In this document: in pieces, positions 21,801 through 32,030 of the stretch
Position numbering within the stretch: the stretch's first letter is position 1
How the letters are laid out: every line of letters starts with the position of its first letter
DNA from: Rubripirellula sp.
GTDB taxonomy: Bacteria > Planctomycetota > Planctomycetia > Pirellulales > Pirellulaceae
Direction: 5' to 3'
DNA length: 64,000 nt
Assembly (NCBI GenBank): GCA_965216875.1
Contig: OZ244207.1
Location: 1,184,001-1,248,000, forward strand
Program-made: the position numbers and the translations under genes
The notes under the pieces: model-generated
Seen by the model: the letters and a program-made list of their open reading frames with translations, nothing else
Databases searched by the model: none
Told to the model about the DNA's origin: nothing

Positions 21801-24800
21801 CGCCATCGTCGGTGACAACCGATCCGACTGGGCCTTGGCCGTTTGAATTGCCAGCAGAGAAGGTGAGGATGCCGTCGCCGTCGAAACTCGTGTCGAGCGA
21901 CCCATCCGAATTCAATCTCGTGACGGCGATTTCGTTGCCAAGCGTAAAGTCGAGGTTGTATCCAACCGCAAGTAGCTTTCCGTCGGCTTGGAATTGGACG
22001 GAGGTGACGAGTTGGTCGACCGCCGGTGCGAGGTCGACGTTGACGATGCCATCGCTGTCAAACGTCGTGTCGACGAGTCCGTCGGGCGTCAACATCGCGA
22101 CGGCAAAATCGTTGGCGGTCGTGCCTTGAAGAAACGTCGAACCAGCCAGGGCGATTCGACCATCAACATCAACGGCGATTGAATGGACAGCGCCATGATC
22201 GCCATCAAAGACGACTCGGGTCGAGCCCGACGACCCGAAGGAAGTATCGAGCGTACCATCGGCATTGGCGCGGATGATCGTGCTCCGGTCACCTGCGTTA
22301 CCGACCAGCAAGAGTTGATTGTTTGCAAGCACTTTGATGGCTGAGGGTGTCGCATCAAACTCGTCAAAGCGTTTCAGCCCATTGCTGCCGAACGTATTGT
22401 CGAACAGACCGTCAGCTCGCAGTCGCAAGGCATACATCTCTGGACGTCCAAAGACCTGCGCGGCTACCAATACTTTGCCATCGGCTGCGACATCGATCTG
22501 TTCGATTGTATTGACTGGGCTTGATGAGAAATCGACCAAGCCACCGACGCCGAAACTTGTGTCAAGTGAACCATCGTCATTGAGTCGGGCAAGAAACGGG
22601 GCGGAACTACCAGAGAAGGTATCGCCAGCGACCAAAATTTTGCCGTCGTCCTGAAGAGCAATGCTCTTGGGCGACACACCGTTTGCGATCGTAATAAAGG
22701 TCAGACCACCGGTTCCGAACGAAGCATCGGGTGTGCCGTCGGCGTTCAGACGCTCCAACAGGAACTGACTGGAGTTGAAGCCCGAGGAGGCAGCCAGGAT
22801 CTTTCCATCGGGTTGGACGAGCAGGTTCTTCGCGCCAATCGACGCCGTGTTCAACTGTGTTGCTGCTTGCCCTGAAGTGCCAAAGGTCGTGTCGATACCG
22901 GTCGAGCCATTGGTCGTTCCGCCAGCGACCGTCGCCTTGATCGTGACCAGCTGATCGCCATCGGCCGCCGTATCGTCGATGGCATCCAAATCGACAGTGA
23001 CTGAGGACTGCCCAGCGGGAATGGTGACCATTGCCGGGACGGTTGCTTCGGTTGAATCGCTGCTGGTAAGGATTAGATCGAGTGCGTTGGATGTGTCCGT
23101 TCCGCGTGTGATCGTGACGGTGGTTGCGGCAGGTCCATCGGCTTCCGAAAGCGTATTTTCATCGAGGGTTACGGCAAGATCGGGTGCTGGGGGCGATAAT
23201 TCACGAATCGCAAGGCCTCCGACGCCGTAGAACGAGTTGCTCGTTACATCAATGACGATTTGGCCGCTCGCAGTGGGGGTTATCGTTTCGGCAAACGATT
23301 CCAACGTCTGCGCGCTACTGCCGATCGCTCCGTTGACCAGCAGCGTGTTTGGCGGATAGTTCTGAGCGAACGTAACGGGTGCCCCCGCTCCGGTGATGGT
23401 GACATTTTGGTTGTTGGTGAAGTTATCAAGTCCGAAAACGTAAACTTCGTAGTCGCGTGTTGGATCCAGGTCACTCCAGGTCATGGTTGCGGTGTTGTTG
23501 CTTCCAAAAAAGTTGCCGTCAACGCCGCTGAGCGATTGGGTGTGGATGGGCAATTGGGAAGCTGGCGGAGACCCAGTCGAGACGCCACCAAAGCCAGCGA
23601 CCGATAGATCAAAGGCGGTGCTGTTGCCTTGTTCGTCGATCAAGTTCGTCAGCGTTGTGTTGAAATCGGTATTGAGCGTCCAGTTGGTGGGTGAAGGCCC
23701 GCTATTGGCAAAGTCAACGCCGACCAGAACAGACGATCCTGGTGGCGGTGGCGGGGCCAGTTCGCGGATCGCGAGTCCACCCACTCCTAGGAAGGATCCA
23801 CTTGTCACATCGATGCTGATTTGGCCCGTTGCGGATGGCGTGATGATTTCGGCGTACGATCCGAGTGTTTGTGTGTCGCTGCCGAAAACTCCGTTGACCA
23901 GCAGCGTGTTCGAGGGGTAATTCTGATCGAACGTGACTGGAGTTCCTGATCCGGTGATGGTGACACTTTGATTGTTATTGAATGAGTCGAGGCCAAAGAC
24001 ATAGACCTCGTAATTGCGACTCGGATCTAAGTCGCTCCACGTCATGGTCGCAGTAGTGTTACTGGCGAAGAAGTTTCCGGCGATGTCAACAAGCGATTGG
24101 GAATGCGCTGGCAGCTGAGTGCTGAGCGGCGTCCCGCTTGCGGCTCCACTAAACCCACTGACCGAGAGATCGAAGGGCGTGCTGTTGCCCTCTTCGTTGA
24201 TCAGGTCGGTCAGGGTTGTGTTGAAAACCGTATTCAATGTCCAGTTGATGGGTGACGGTCCGCTGCTGCCGAAGTCGACCCCGACGAGCGAAGTTGATCC
24301 AGCTTCGTCGTCAAGGATATCGATCGTGTCTGAGCCATCGCTAAAGCCGGTCGCACTCGCAGTGATTTGGACCGCCTGAGTTCCGTCGCTGATGGCGTCA
24401 TCGACCGCTGAGATGGTGAAGGTGGCCGAATCGAATCCGTCGGCAATGGTGACGGAGTTCGGGACGGTCGCTTCGCTGGTGTCGTCACTCGACAGATTCA
24501 CCGTCAAGTTTCCAGTCATTCCAGTGCTTCGCGTAACGGTTGCTGTTGATGTGCCGCCGTTCTCACTGATCGAATCGGAATCGATCGTTACCGTCAGAAT
24601 GTCACCAGCGTTGCCGGTCGCTTGGATGGCGAGGCCAGCAAGCCCATAGCCGTCGACGCCCGCAGAAGCTTCGATTTCGATCTCGATCTCTCCGGCTGCA
24701 TCGGCAATGATGAGTTCAGCGTAATTCGAGAGGTCTTGCGCGCTGGAGCCGACCGATCCGTTGATGTAAAGATCGTTGTTGTCGACCGCCTGTGTGAATG

Positions 24801-25371
24801 AGACCGAATTCAGGCCGGTGATCGTAACGTCGTTACTGTGTTCGTCGACAAAGTCGTCGGCGATACCAAAGACGTAAACTCGATACTCGGCGAACGCGTC
24901 CAGGTCACTAAAAGTTGCTGTGTACGAGGTTCCTGTATTGCCGTCTCCAACAGTTCCAATTCCCAAGAGAGACTGTGTGTGTTGCGGGACGCTTGATGCT
25001 GTAGGCGACAAGCCTCGAGTCCCCGTCGAACTGCCAGTGAAATTGGTCGTCAGATCAACGGTCGTTGCAATGCCGTCTTCGCCAATCAAGTTCGACGGGC
25101 CTGCGGAAAACAGCGAACTGAGCGTCGTCCAATTGGTTGGCGAGGAAGCCCCACCTTCGATATCGATGCCGATCAGCGGACCGAGGCTAGACACCGAAGG
25201 GCCAGATTGCGCGACAGCCAGTTCGGCCGGGGCAACGGCTTGGTCCCAGATTTCATTTGGCGGTGTGTCGATGATGGACACCGCCAACAAGCGTCTATCC
25301 TCGAGTCTTTCAAGTTGATGTCGGGCCGCGCGTAACCTGCTTCGTCGACGATTGCGTCGTTTCTGTGACAT
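18850..25371 (-). CDS. giant extracellular multidomain protein (2173 aa)
   Basis: LERLEDRRLLA planctomycete leader; three ~170-aa GVDF..SPTNWT repeats; Calx-beta; delta-60 (DGxLDTSFG) repeats; GEVED; LSLREAI; choice-of-anchor Q-like NNGGLTDTHAL; C-terminal GDADG..VNLFDF dockerin-like. Confidence 0.93.
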   Translation of the reverse strand: MSQKRRNRRRSRLRAARHQLERLEDRRLLAVSIIDTPPNEIWDQAVAPAELAVAQSGPSVSSLGPLIGIDIEGGASSPTNWTTLSSLFSAGPSNLIGEDGIATTVDLTTNFTGSSTGTRGLSPTASSVPQHTQSLLGIGTVGDGNTGTSYTATFSDLDAFAEYRVYVFGIADDFVDEHSNDVTITGLNSVSFTQAVDNNDLYINGSVGSSAQDLSNYAELIIADAAGEIEIEIEASAGVDGYGLAGLAIQATGNAGDILTVTIDSDSISENGGTSTATVTRSTGMTGNLTVNLSSDDTSEATVPNSVTIADGFDSATFTISAVDDAISDGTQAVQITASATGFSDGSDTIDILDDEAGSTSLVGVDFGSSGPSPINWTLNTVFNTTLTDLINEEGNSTPFDLSVSGFSGAASGTPLSTQLPAHSQSLVDIAGNFFASNTTATMTWSDLDPSRNYEVYVFGLDSFNNNQSVTITGSGTPVTFDQNYPSNTLLVNGVFGSDTQTLGSYAEIITPSATGQISIDVTSGSFLGVGGLAIRELAPPPPPGSSVLVGVDFANSGPSPTNWTLNTDFNTTLTNLIDEQGNSTAFDLSVAGFGGVSTGSPPASQLPIHTQSLSGVDGNFFGSNNTATMTWSDLDPTRDYEVYVFGLDNFTNNQNVTITGAGAPVTFAQNYPPNTLLVNGAIGSSAQTLESFAETITPTASGQIVIDVTSNSFYGVGGLAIRELSPPAPDLAVTLDENTLSEADGPAATTVTITRGTDTSNALDLILTSSDSTEATVPAMVTIPAGQSSVTVDLDAIDDTAADGDQLVTIKATVAGGTTNGSTGIDTTFGTSGQAATQLNTASIGAKNLLVQPDGKILAASSGFNSSQFLLERLNADGTPDASFGTGGLTFITIANGVSPKSIALQDDGKILVAGDTFSGSSAPFLARLNDDGSLDTSFGVGGLVDFSSSPVNTIEQIDVAADGKVLVAAQVFGRPEMYALRLRADGLFDNTFGSNGLKRFDEFDATPSAIKVLANNQLLLVGNAGDRSTIIRANADGTLDTSFGSSGSTRVVFDGDHGAVHSIAVDVDGRIALAGSTFLQGTTANDFAVAMLTPDGLVDTTFDSDGIVNVDLAPAVDQLVTSVQFQADGKLLAVGYNLDFTLGNEIAVTRLNSDGSLDTSFDGDGILTFSAGNSNGQGPVGSVVTDDGDLLVLAGGGGDLRVTKINTGVKPLYATEDVLITDNDGAATLDFGDAASSSQSGFAATYPVTLSDNGARHTNTGPVLGLSREAELDGVNSVDASFDDDNGSDDEDGVTFLSPIIASPTGASTASVEVQLSNANATANRLDAWIDFNRDGDWSDPGEQIFANFDLGTTDGVQTLTFSVPQDTGANVENGYSFARFRVSTGGGLGVIGFAPNGEVEDHRVAIVTADPFIVDTLTDEIDGDYSANDLSLREAIDLANTRPGTDQIVFAPALSGGAITLQIEQLSVTDDLIISGPGASNMTIDANGSFRVFELHDLSGSLFVELEGLTLTGGHSSRTVHPGSGGAINSTGDLTLRDVNLINNHVSGGSANGGGVFLFGSGSEALVIEDSVIANNSATGFNAFSGGIYAENANVEIRRSLIDQNATDPSSGQGIGGGLFVIEGSLQIEDSTISRNSAVGGLGGGVVSSGGETTISGTTISGNSAGVRGGGVLFGSTTNSMTISNSTISGNTTSIGNGGGISIFQGTTHIRHSTITGNVAPDGFGSGVAGNNNGTYVSDLQVLSSIISGNANSDVDNLLAGSGTNTFTSNGFNLIGTGNAASVFNLTTDQNGVTAPGLLPLANNGGLTDTHALEATSPALDAGDTAAIPTSDQRGSGFARLNGVRVDIGAFEANLISISPLDASKDEGDSATIAFTFTVSRTGPTTDPVTADFAVTGSGSDPADADDFDDGILPSGQVTIPAGQTSTVLTIDVVGDATVEPDEGFTVTLSNPTSPLLLDISTADGLIENDDTPSTPEVESIIYFNKNANAEADLSPDSTGQRSIIRQIEVTFTGPVSVPVGPITDDSFIVESTTVSPGTQVGLSVLSSQVVNGKQIVILGFTGTTLIEDKSENQPGILPTIEDGRYRLTIDGAKLGIDANGTESGVDKVDNFFRLFGDADGGETVNLFDFAKFRDYFTNQTLLEVFDMDDDTNATLFDFADFRSRFNKPL

Positions 25372-25672
25372 GCGTGAATACCTTCAGATGATGGATCAAA
25401 TAATGGCATGGGCACAATCCGCAGAACAAAGAATCAAGGAATGGGCGGATCGTTTCAGCGGGGTTTTGGAACACGAACTGAGAGACGGATGGGTTCGATA
25501 AAAGAGATCCCCCGTCCGCTCCAAATGCCCCAATTTGAGAGACGTAGTTTACCCCCCGCCGCTGTCGCATGCGACTCATTCGCACATGCGTATACATATG
25601 GGCAGTGCCTATGGGGTGACCGGCCGCCGAGCTAGTGCTACAGGTTGCAATTGCGATTCCACCAAGCTTCGA

Positions 25673-25781
25673 AAACACTCTCCCTTGGGAGAGTCGGGCT
25701 CTAAGGCCCGGAGAGGGTCTTTTGCAACGGTTATTCCCTCCCCGGACTTTGCGTCCGACCCTCCCACAAGCGGGAGGGTGA
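25673..25781. repeat. CTCTCCC...GGGAGAG palindromic repeat pair
   Basis: 25673-25717 is the exact 45-bp reverse complement of 63576-63620; a related inverted unit follows at 25736-25781. Confidence 0.85.
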
Positions 25782-25891
25782 TTGTTGGAACGCACGTTAG
25801 CCTGGGCAAGCACTGCACCTCATGGCACCGTAACTCCAATCCGCGGCACTAGCCGGATGCAAAGAGAATTTCGCGCGATGCGCGCAAGCGG

Positions 25892-26659
25892 CTAGAGCGA
25901 CAACACTTCGGTCGCTTCGTGGCGATCAGCGGCGATGATTGGAAAGCTCTTTCCTAGCACTCGTCGGTGCGCATCGATTGCGTGCTCGGGCGTGTTGCTC
26001 TCTTCCGACAAGTGCGAAAGGCAAACCCATTGCATGTCGTTGGACGCCGTTCGATAGAGCAGTTCGGCGGCGTCGTGATTGGAAATGTGCCCCTGCGGAC
26101 TTGCGATGCGTCGTTTGACCGATTCGGGATAGAACGAGCCGGCGAGCATTTCGACATCGTGATTACTTTCAAGCAACACGCCGTCGAGTGTCGGAATGAC
26201 CTCGTCAAGTTCGTCGAACACATGACCAAGGTCAGTCAATATGCCAAGCCGATGCTTACCATCGTCAACGACAAACGCCACGCCGTCGGCAGCATCGTGG
26301 GGGGTTGCGATCGTCTCGACCAATACGTCGCCAAAGACGAGTGTGTTGCCCGCGTTGAAGTAGTGGACGTCGCTGAGTTGGCCGATCTTGATTTTCCGTC
26401 GCGCCATTGCCAACGTGTCGGGAGTGACGTGAATCGGCATCCCAAACTTGCGCTGATAGACTCCCATCGCACTGGCGTGGTCGCGATGATCGTGTGAAAT
26501 CACGAGGGCGTCGACGTCGCAGATGTCTCGACCGACTGCCGCCAAACGCTGCTGAGCGCGTCGGCCAGAGATGCCAGCGTCAAAAAGGAGACGCTTTCCC
26601 GCGGTTTCTACATAAATAGAATTTCCGCTGCTTCCAGATTGCAGGGCGATGACTTCCAT
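25892..26659 (-). CDS. MBL-fold metallo-hydrolase (YycJ/WalJ-like)
   Basis: SGSSGN, SHDHRDH, PHDA, TDLG, LESNHD, GHISN, HLSEESN. Confidence 0.9.
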   Translation of the reverse strand: MEVIALQSGSSGNSIYVETAGKRLLFDAGISGRRAQQRLAAVGRDICDVDALVISHDHRDHASAMGVYQRKFGMPIHVTPDTLAMARRKIKIGQLSDVHYFNAGNTLVFGDVLVETIATPHDAADGVAFVVDDGKHRLGILTDLGHVFDELDEVIPTLDGVLLESNHDVEMLAGSFYPESVKRRIASPQGHISNHDAAELLYRTASNDMQWVCLSHLSEESNTPEHAIDAHRRVLGKSFPIIAADRHEATEVLSL

Positions 26660-26803
26660 AATCGGAAATCGTAACGCACACCGCCACAAATCACCATCCC
26701 ATCCAGTAGGGTGTGTGCTTGCACGGACCAAACGATTGTGACCCCTTGTGTGCTTGCACGCCCCAAACCTTTCGACTTTTCCCCACCACCACCAACATCC
26801 ACC

Positions 26804-28144
26804 ATGCGATCTCGACTTCTGCTCGCGTTTGTCTTCGCATTCATGCTTTCAATCCAGGCACGCAGTTTTGCAGAAGAAATTGTCTTTCGGCCGCGGGCAG
26901 CCGACGGCCCTTTGGACAATCCGCTCAAGGGATGGTGTCCCTACACCGACGCTGGCGAAATCCACCAGCCCTATTCGATGGTGTTTCAATATGTCGCCTG
27001 GAACCAGCTCGAGCCGAGCGAGGGTGACTACCGTTTTGATCAATGGGAAAAGAGCTGGGACACCGGCCGTGGGAAAGGAAAGCACATTCTGTTTCGCGTC
27101 TATGTTGACTATCCGAGTCTCGCGTCGGGGATGCCTGATTGGCTTCGCAAAGCAGGGGTGAAGGAGACGAAGTATTCGGCGCATGGCGGCGGTCAGTCGC
27201 CCGACTACGACGATCCAAAACTCATTGCTGCGATGGAGCGGTTCATTGCGGCGCTTGGGCGTCGTTACGATTCCCATCCACGTGTCGCATTCATTCAATT
27301 GGGTTTGCTCGGGCATTGGGGTGAGTGGCATACATGGCCTCAAGAGCAGATGTATGCGTCGACCAAGACCGAGCAACGCGTGATCGAGGCCTACCGAAAG
27401 GCATTTCCAACGAAGTCGTTGATGGTCCGGTACGCGCGCGACCATGCAGGCAAGCAAGATTGGATCGGATTCCATGATGACATGTTTCCCGAAGACACCG
27501 ACAACGGCAAGGATTGGAGTTTTCTGTCTGGTCTTCGTTCGTCCGGCCGCACGGAAAATTGGAAGGCGGCAATCGTCGGTGGCGAGATGGTGCCCAACCA
27601 AGGCAAGCGTTGGCTTGGGAAAGATTACGCGACGACGGTGACCATGCTGGGACGTGCACACTTCAGTTGGGTGGGACCCTACTGTCCGGCGCTTGAGAAG
27701 TCGAAAGATGAGACCTATTTGGGAAACTGCCAACAGCTCATACGCAAGATGGGATACGAGTTCGAATTGGACGAGCTACGACATCCGTCCGAGGTGTCGA
27801 CGGGCGAGCCACTTACCATTCGATTGCGCGGAAGCAACAACGGCGTCGCTCCGTTTTACTACAACTGGCCTGTTGAGTTGGCTCTACTTGACGATACAGA
27901 TTCCGTCGTGGCAAGGGCGCGCACGACGTGGGACATAAGGAAGTGGCAACCGGGAAGTTTCAGCGAAACAGCCGATGTCGCGTTCGATGTGGCTCCTGGC
28001 ACCTACCGTCTTGCCATTGGAATTCGTGATCCTTGGCAGGATCGACCCGCCATCGGTTTTGCGAACGACTTGCCGACTGCAAACCGATGGACTGTCTTTT
28101 CAAAGTTGAACATTCAAAACCGCGATTCTTCTCGCAGCCGATGA
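26804..28144 (+). CDS. secreted DUF4832-like glycoside hydrolase-fold protein
   Basis: Signal peptide; NPLKGW, W.QLEP.EG.Y.F, G.WGEWH, NNGVAPFYY. Confidence 0.75.
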   Translation: MRSRLLLAFVFAFMLSIQARSFAEEIVFRPRAADGPLDNPLKGWCPYTDAGEIHQPYSMVFQYVAWNQLEPSEGDYRFDQWEKSWDTGRGKGKHILFRVYVDYPSLASGMPDWLRKAGVKETKYSAHGGGQSPDYDDPKLIAAMERFIAALGRRYDSHPRVAFIQLGLLGHWGEWHTWPQEQMYASTKTEQRVIEAYRKAFPTKSLMVRYARDHAGKQDWIGFHDDMFPEDTDNGKDWSFLSGLRSSGRTENWKAAIVGGEMVPNQGKRWLGKDYATTVTMLGRAHFSWVGPYCPALEKSKDETYLGNCQQLIRKMGYEFELDELRHPSEVSTGEPLTIRLRGSNNGVAPFYYNWPVELALLDDTDSVVARARTTWDIRKWQPGSFSETADVAFDVAPGTYRLAIGIRDPWQDRPAIGFANDLPTANRWTVFSKLNIQNRDSSRSR

Positions 28145-28321
28145 TGAAACGGGTGCCGGCTGGCAGTTCGAAAGTTAACTCGCATTTCAATTTCAAACCT
28201 CGCGCCCGGCAATTCTATCGAAAGTAGTGAGGTTGGTCCGTCGAGTCGCTTTCTGGGTTCTCATTGACGAGTAGACTGCGGCGACGCACGCTTCGTTTCG
28301 ACGACCAAAGGAATCGATCTC

Positions 28322-29209
28322 TTGCTTTATCAACCGAGGCTTTTTGTTGTTGTCTTAGCAGTGGCATGTCCACTTTTCGCTCTCGCTCAAGAGAGTGAAA
28401 AGCCAAGCGGCCCGTTTTTTGTTGATGGCCAAGACCCTAAACCTGCGGGTATGGCTTGGACGCCCGTTGAATCACTGAGTGACGAATTCAATGGCGACAG
28501 CATTGATCTCGGCAAATGGCAGACGGATCCGATGCAAAACGGATGGGGTTGGATCGGGCGCCCGCCGGGACTGTTTCGTGCCGAGAACGTCGTGGTTGCA
28601 GACGGCAACATGAACGTCACGGTCAGCAAGCTGCCACGTCCCCGCCAAGTTCGACGCAGCCGATTCGTTTACCAAGGCGCGATCGTTCGTTCGCTCGAGC
28701 CGGGGCACGTTGGCTGGTACTACGAGACTCGGATGAAGGCCAACAAGACGGCGATGTCATCGACTTTTTGGTTGAACACGAAATCACGTCGGCCGATGGG
28801 GCAAGAGTTGGACATCCAGGAATGCGTCGGTTCAACGAACGAAAAGACTGAGTCGTGGGCCAAGACGTGGGACCAAGTCTTTCATTCGAACTTGATTCGT
28901 TGGCAGAGCTTCGAGCCGCGACGCACTCAGAACCAGGGGAGTGTTGCAACACCGACCAAGAATCACGAAAGGTTCTACGTCTATGCGGCGTGGTGGAAAT
29001 CACCCGACGAAGTTCAGTTCTTTCTCGATGGCCAATACAAGTATTCGATCAAACCGAGCGCCAAATGGAATCTGCCGGCGCACATTCATATGGCGATCGA
29101 GACCTACGACTGGAACCCCGTCCCGGATGACGGAGGCCTTGTCGCCCGCGGGACCTGGGAAGAACGCACCACGAAATACGATTGGGTGCGTGTCTGGAAG
29201 CTGAAGTAG
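28322..29209 (+). CDS. GH16 glycoside hydrolase (porphyranase/agarase-like)
   Basis: SDEFNG, MSSTFWL, catalytic ELDIQE (ExDxxE), YDWVRVW; signal peptide. Confidence 0.85.
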   Translation: MLYQPRLFVVVLAVACPLFALAQESEKPSGPFFVDGQDPKPAGMAWTPVESLSDEFNGDSIDLGKWQTDPMQNGWGWIGRPPGLFRAENVVVADGNMNVTVSKLPRPRQVRRSRFVYQGAIVRSLEPGHVGWYYETRMKANKTAMSSTFWLNTKSRRPMGQELDIQECVGSTNEKTESWAKTWDQVFHSNLIRWQSFEPRRTQNQGSVATPTKNHERFYVYAAWWKSPDEVQFFLDGQYKYSIKPSAKWNLPAHIHMAIETYDWNPVPDDGGLVARGTWEERTTKYDWVRVWKLK

Positions 29210-29274
29210 CGGAGTGGACACACGGACGTCGACGTTTGATTCGAGTTCATCTGCGGTCTCCCGTTTCAAACGAT

Positions 29275-29530
29275 GTAGGGTGTGTGCTTGCACGCACAGG
29301 ATCTCCCGACTCTAACAATGGCGATGAGCAACCGCAGATGAACGCAAATGGACGCAGATCGAGTTTCATAACCTGCAATCATGATCATCCAACGACGTAC
29401 TCACGCAGGGACCAATGATCTGCGTTCATCAAAGTCCATCTGCGGTGCCCCATAGTCGCCTTTCGCTCCGTCGAAAGTTGCGTCCCCACTCTCCCCGCAA
29501 TTTCCGTGGCGTCTGTGCTCGCACGCGCAA
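29275..29530. repeat. BIME-like composite repeat unit
   Basis: GTAGGGTGTGTGCTTGCACGCAC, CCGCAGATGAACGCAAAT..ATCTGCGG and CATAGTCGCCTTTCGCTCCGTCGAAAG; same order as at 33287-33728. Confidence 0.85.
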
Positions 29531-29577
29531 ACTCTGCCCCCTGGGTAATGGCTGACAAATACCCACCGCATCGCCAC

Positions 29578-31809
29578 TCACTTTTTCAGGTCAGTGACAT
29601 CCGCCCAGTAGAGGTGGTGCTCCGTTAGAACGCCTGCTCGAAAGCCCTTGGGGTGTGGCAAGATCTGTTTCACTTCAGGGGCACGCCCCGCAGTCACATT
29701 GAACGCTTGAACTCGGCTCCCCCCGGCGTTGAAGACGATCAGTGGAAGCTCATGACTATTGGCATAGATGAGTCTTGCGCGGACATCGACTGCGATTGCT
29801 GCGGGGTAGGCGCCGGATTCGATCGAGATTGCGGGGATCGAAAAGTCGTTGGTCTTAAAGATGTAGGTGCCGTACCTCAGCCTTGGCAACGTTCCTGCTT
29901 GCGAATTACCGCCGCCGCTCGGCGCGGCAACCAAACGAGAGTTGGAGCTGACAACGATCGGTGACCGCCGTCCTGATCGAATTCGGGGCGTTGATTCCTC
30001 AACGACGATGCGATCTTGATCGACTCGCAATCGAATGAGTGCTTCGATTCCACCTTCGATAAACAAGTACTTACCGTCCGGGGACGCGACCAGCGTCTCT
30101 GGTTTGAACATTTGCACACGCAGATTTCCTGCGTCCGGTTCGATGGTTGCGATCGACTTGCCTCGCGCGAGGTCGATTTGATGGATTAACAGTTGGCGAA
30201 CACCCGTTGCAACGTACGCGACTGAGGTTTGCGCTGAGCACGCGATGGACGTTAGCCCAGCGACTTGGATGCTCCGCTTGATTTCCAGCGTTTGTTCATC
30301 AATCACAACTGCCCTCTGCACGCTGGTCATGACGGCAACCAATCCAACTTGGCTTCGAGTGAGTTGGCCACACGCTCCTTCGAGTTTGGTTTCGGCAATC
30401 AGCTCGCGACTCTCAACCGAGTATTTTTTGAGTGATCCAGATTTCGATAGCGTGTAGGCGGCCGCCCCGTCACTTGACCAACAAAATGAACTAACCAAAT
30501 CCTCAGGTGATTCGTTGAAGGATTTCAATCCGCCTACATTCTCAGCGCCCGCATTCAAAACGCCCCCGCTCGAAACGCCCGGCCCGCGTTTCGGCATGCT
30601 AGGCAAAGGGTTTGGACGCGATGGATGCGGATCGGTACTCGGTGGTTGCGTGCCAGGGACGCGTCCGCTCGCGATGTGAGGATCTTGTTCGGCAGGGCGT
30701 TTTACGACGGCCTTGGTGGCTTTGCCTCGGTAGATCACGAGAGCTTGGCCGATTTCGGGAAGGTCGATCGAGGTTGGAATGGACCAACGCTCCGACCCAT
30801 CCAGCATTGTTAGACGATGTTGCAGGATGACTTTCGCACCATGCTTTCGACGCCATAGGACGGTGGCAATTCGAGCATTGCCATCGATACGCAGGTCCGT
30901 ACTCATCGCGTTTGGCGCTTTGACTTGTTCCCATTGTCCCTGGTCGTTGGGTGTCGGTGGCAAAGTGGGCGCACTGGCAATGTGAAGGTCGATGTTTTTC
31001 ACCAGCGACATGGGGTCATGAAGCATCGTGCGAACTTCCAATTGCATTTTGTTGCTGGCGTTTCTGCCGCGCACGAGCAACATTGGGCCGGCTTGCCCCT
31101 TCAGCAACGCGTTGAGTTGATCAACGGGAATCGCCATCCCGATTTGCGTGCCGCTCACTTTGGCAACGGCAATCCCAATGAGCTTGCCGTCCGCCCCGAC
31201 AATTGGGCCACCCGAGTTACCAGGATTGATGCTGCCATCAATTTGAATGGCGGCGACGCGACGCGCATCGTCCCGCCGAATGCTCGATACCGTGCCGCGC
31301 GACACGGTGATCGCCGGTCCCCGTGCACCTGCTGACAATGCCTCGCCAAACGGAAAACCCGCGATGTAGACAGGCAATGTTTCATACAAATCGGTCTCGT
31401 TCATCGAAGGGATGGTTTCAGGCAACGCATCCGATTCGACTTTGACAATCGCTAAGTCTCGAAGCGGTTCGCTGGTGACCACCTCACCAACGACTTCAAA
31501 CTCTTCGGGTTGGCCGCTATTGAAAACAACAATGGTCTTACCTGGCTTTCCTCCATCCAGCGTTACGACGTGTGAGTTCGTTACGACAAAGCCGACCTCG
31601 CCCTCTTTCCGCAATAGGAATCCCGAACCCGTTTGCGCTTCATCGCCCCCTTCGAGTCGAATGAAAACGGTCGATTTCTTGAGGCGTTCGATCCCTGCAC
31701 GATCAAGCCGACCCGAATCTTGAGCGAGTGTGATGGTTGGAATCGCCAACGTCACAGCGATTGCGCCAAGAAGAATCGGCGCCCACAGATGACGAAGAAT
31801 TGGTTTCAT
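29578..31809 (-). CDS. secreted trypsin-like (S1C) serine protease with beta-propeller-like C-terminus
   Basis: TGSGF, VTNSHVV, RDLA, INPGNSGGP; signal peptide MKPILRHLW... Confidence 0.88.
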   Translation of the reverse strand: MKPILRHLWAPILLGAIAVTLAIPTITLAQDSGRLDRAGIERLKKSTVFIRLEGGDEAQTGSGFLLRKEGEVGFVVTNSHVVTLDGGKPGKTIVVFNSGQPEEFEVVGEVVTSEPLRDLAIVKVESDALPETIPSMNETDLYETLPVYIAGFPFGEALSAGARGPAITVSRGTVSSIRRDDARRVAAIQIDGSINPGNSGGPIVGADGKLIGIAVAKVSGTQIGMAIPVDQLNALLKGQAGPMLLVRGRNASNKMQLEVRTMLHDPMSLVKNIDLHIASAPTLPPTPNDQGQWEQVKAPNAMSTDLRIDGNARIATVLWRRKHGAKVILQHRLTMLDGSERWSIPTSIDLPEIGQALVIYRGKATKAVVKRPAEQDPHIASGRVPGTQPPSTDPHPSRPNPLPSMPKRGPGVSSGGVLNAGAENVGGLKSFNESPEDLVSSFCWSSDGAAAYTLSKSGSLKKYSVESRELIAETKLEGACGQLTRSQVGLVAVMTSVQRAVVIDEQTLEIKRSIQVAGLTSIACSAQTSVAYVATGVRQLLIHQIDLARGKSIATIEPDAGNLRVQMFKPETLVASPDGKYLFIEGGIEALIRLRVDQDRIVVEESTPRIRSGRRSPIVVSSNSRLVAAPSGGGNSQAGTLPRLRYGTYIFKTNDFSIPAISIESGAYPAAIAVDVRARLIYANSHELPLIVFNAGGSRVQAFNVTAGRAPEVKQILPHPKGFRAGVLTEHHLYWADVTDLKK

Positions 31810-32030
31810 ATCGTGGCTTTGCTCAGGTCGAACAACGGTGGCCCTTTGAGCAAGCCAGTTTAGCCGAAACTTGTGGCGTTGGTTCCACAGGGACAAAGTA
31901 GGCTCCACCGCAAATTCTTGCGCACTTGGGCCAATGTCCGTACGGCGCTGGCTGTGAGGCCTCGGGCCCTTGCCCGAGCGTAGTCGGGTTCAGGCCTGCG
32001 GAACTCGTCACCCGTCAGTCACAGCGGCCT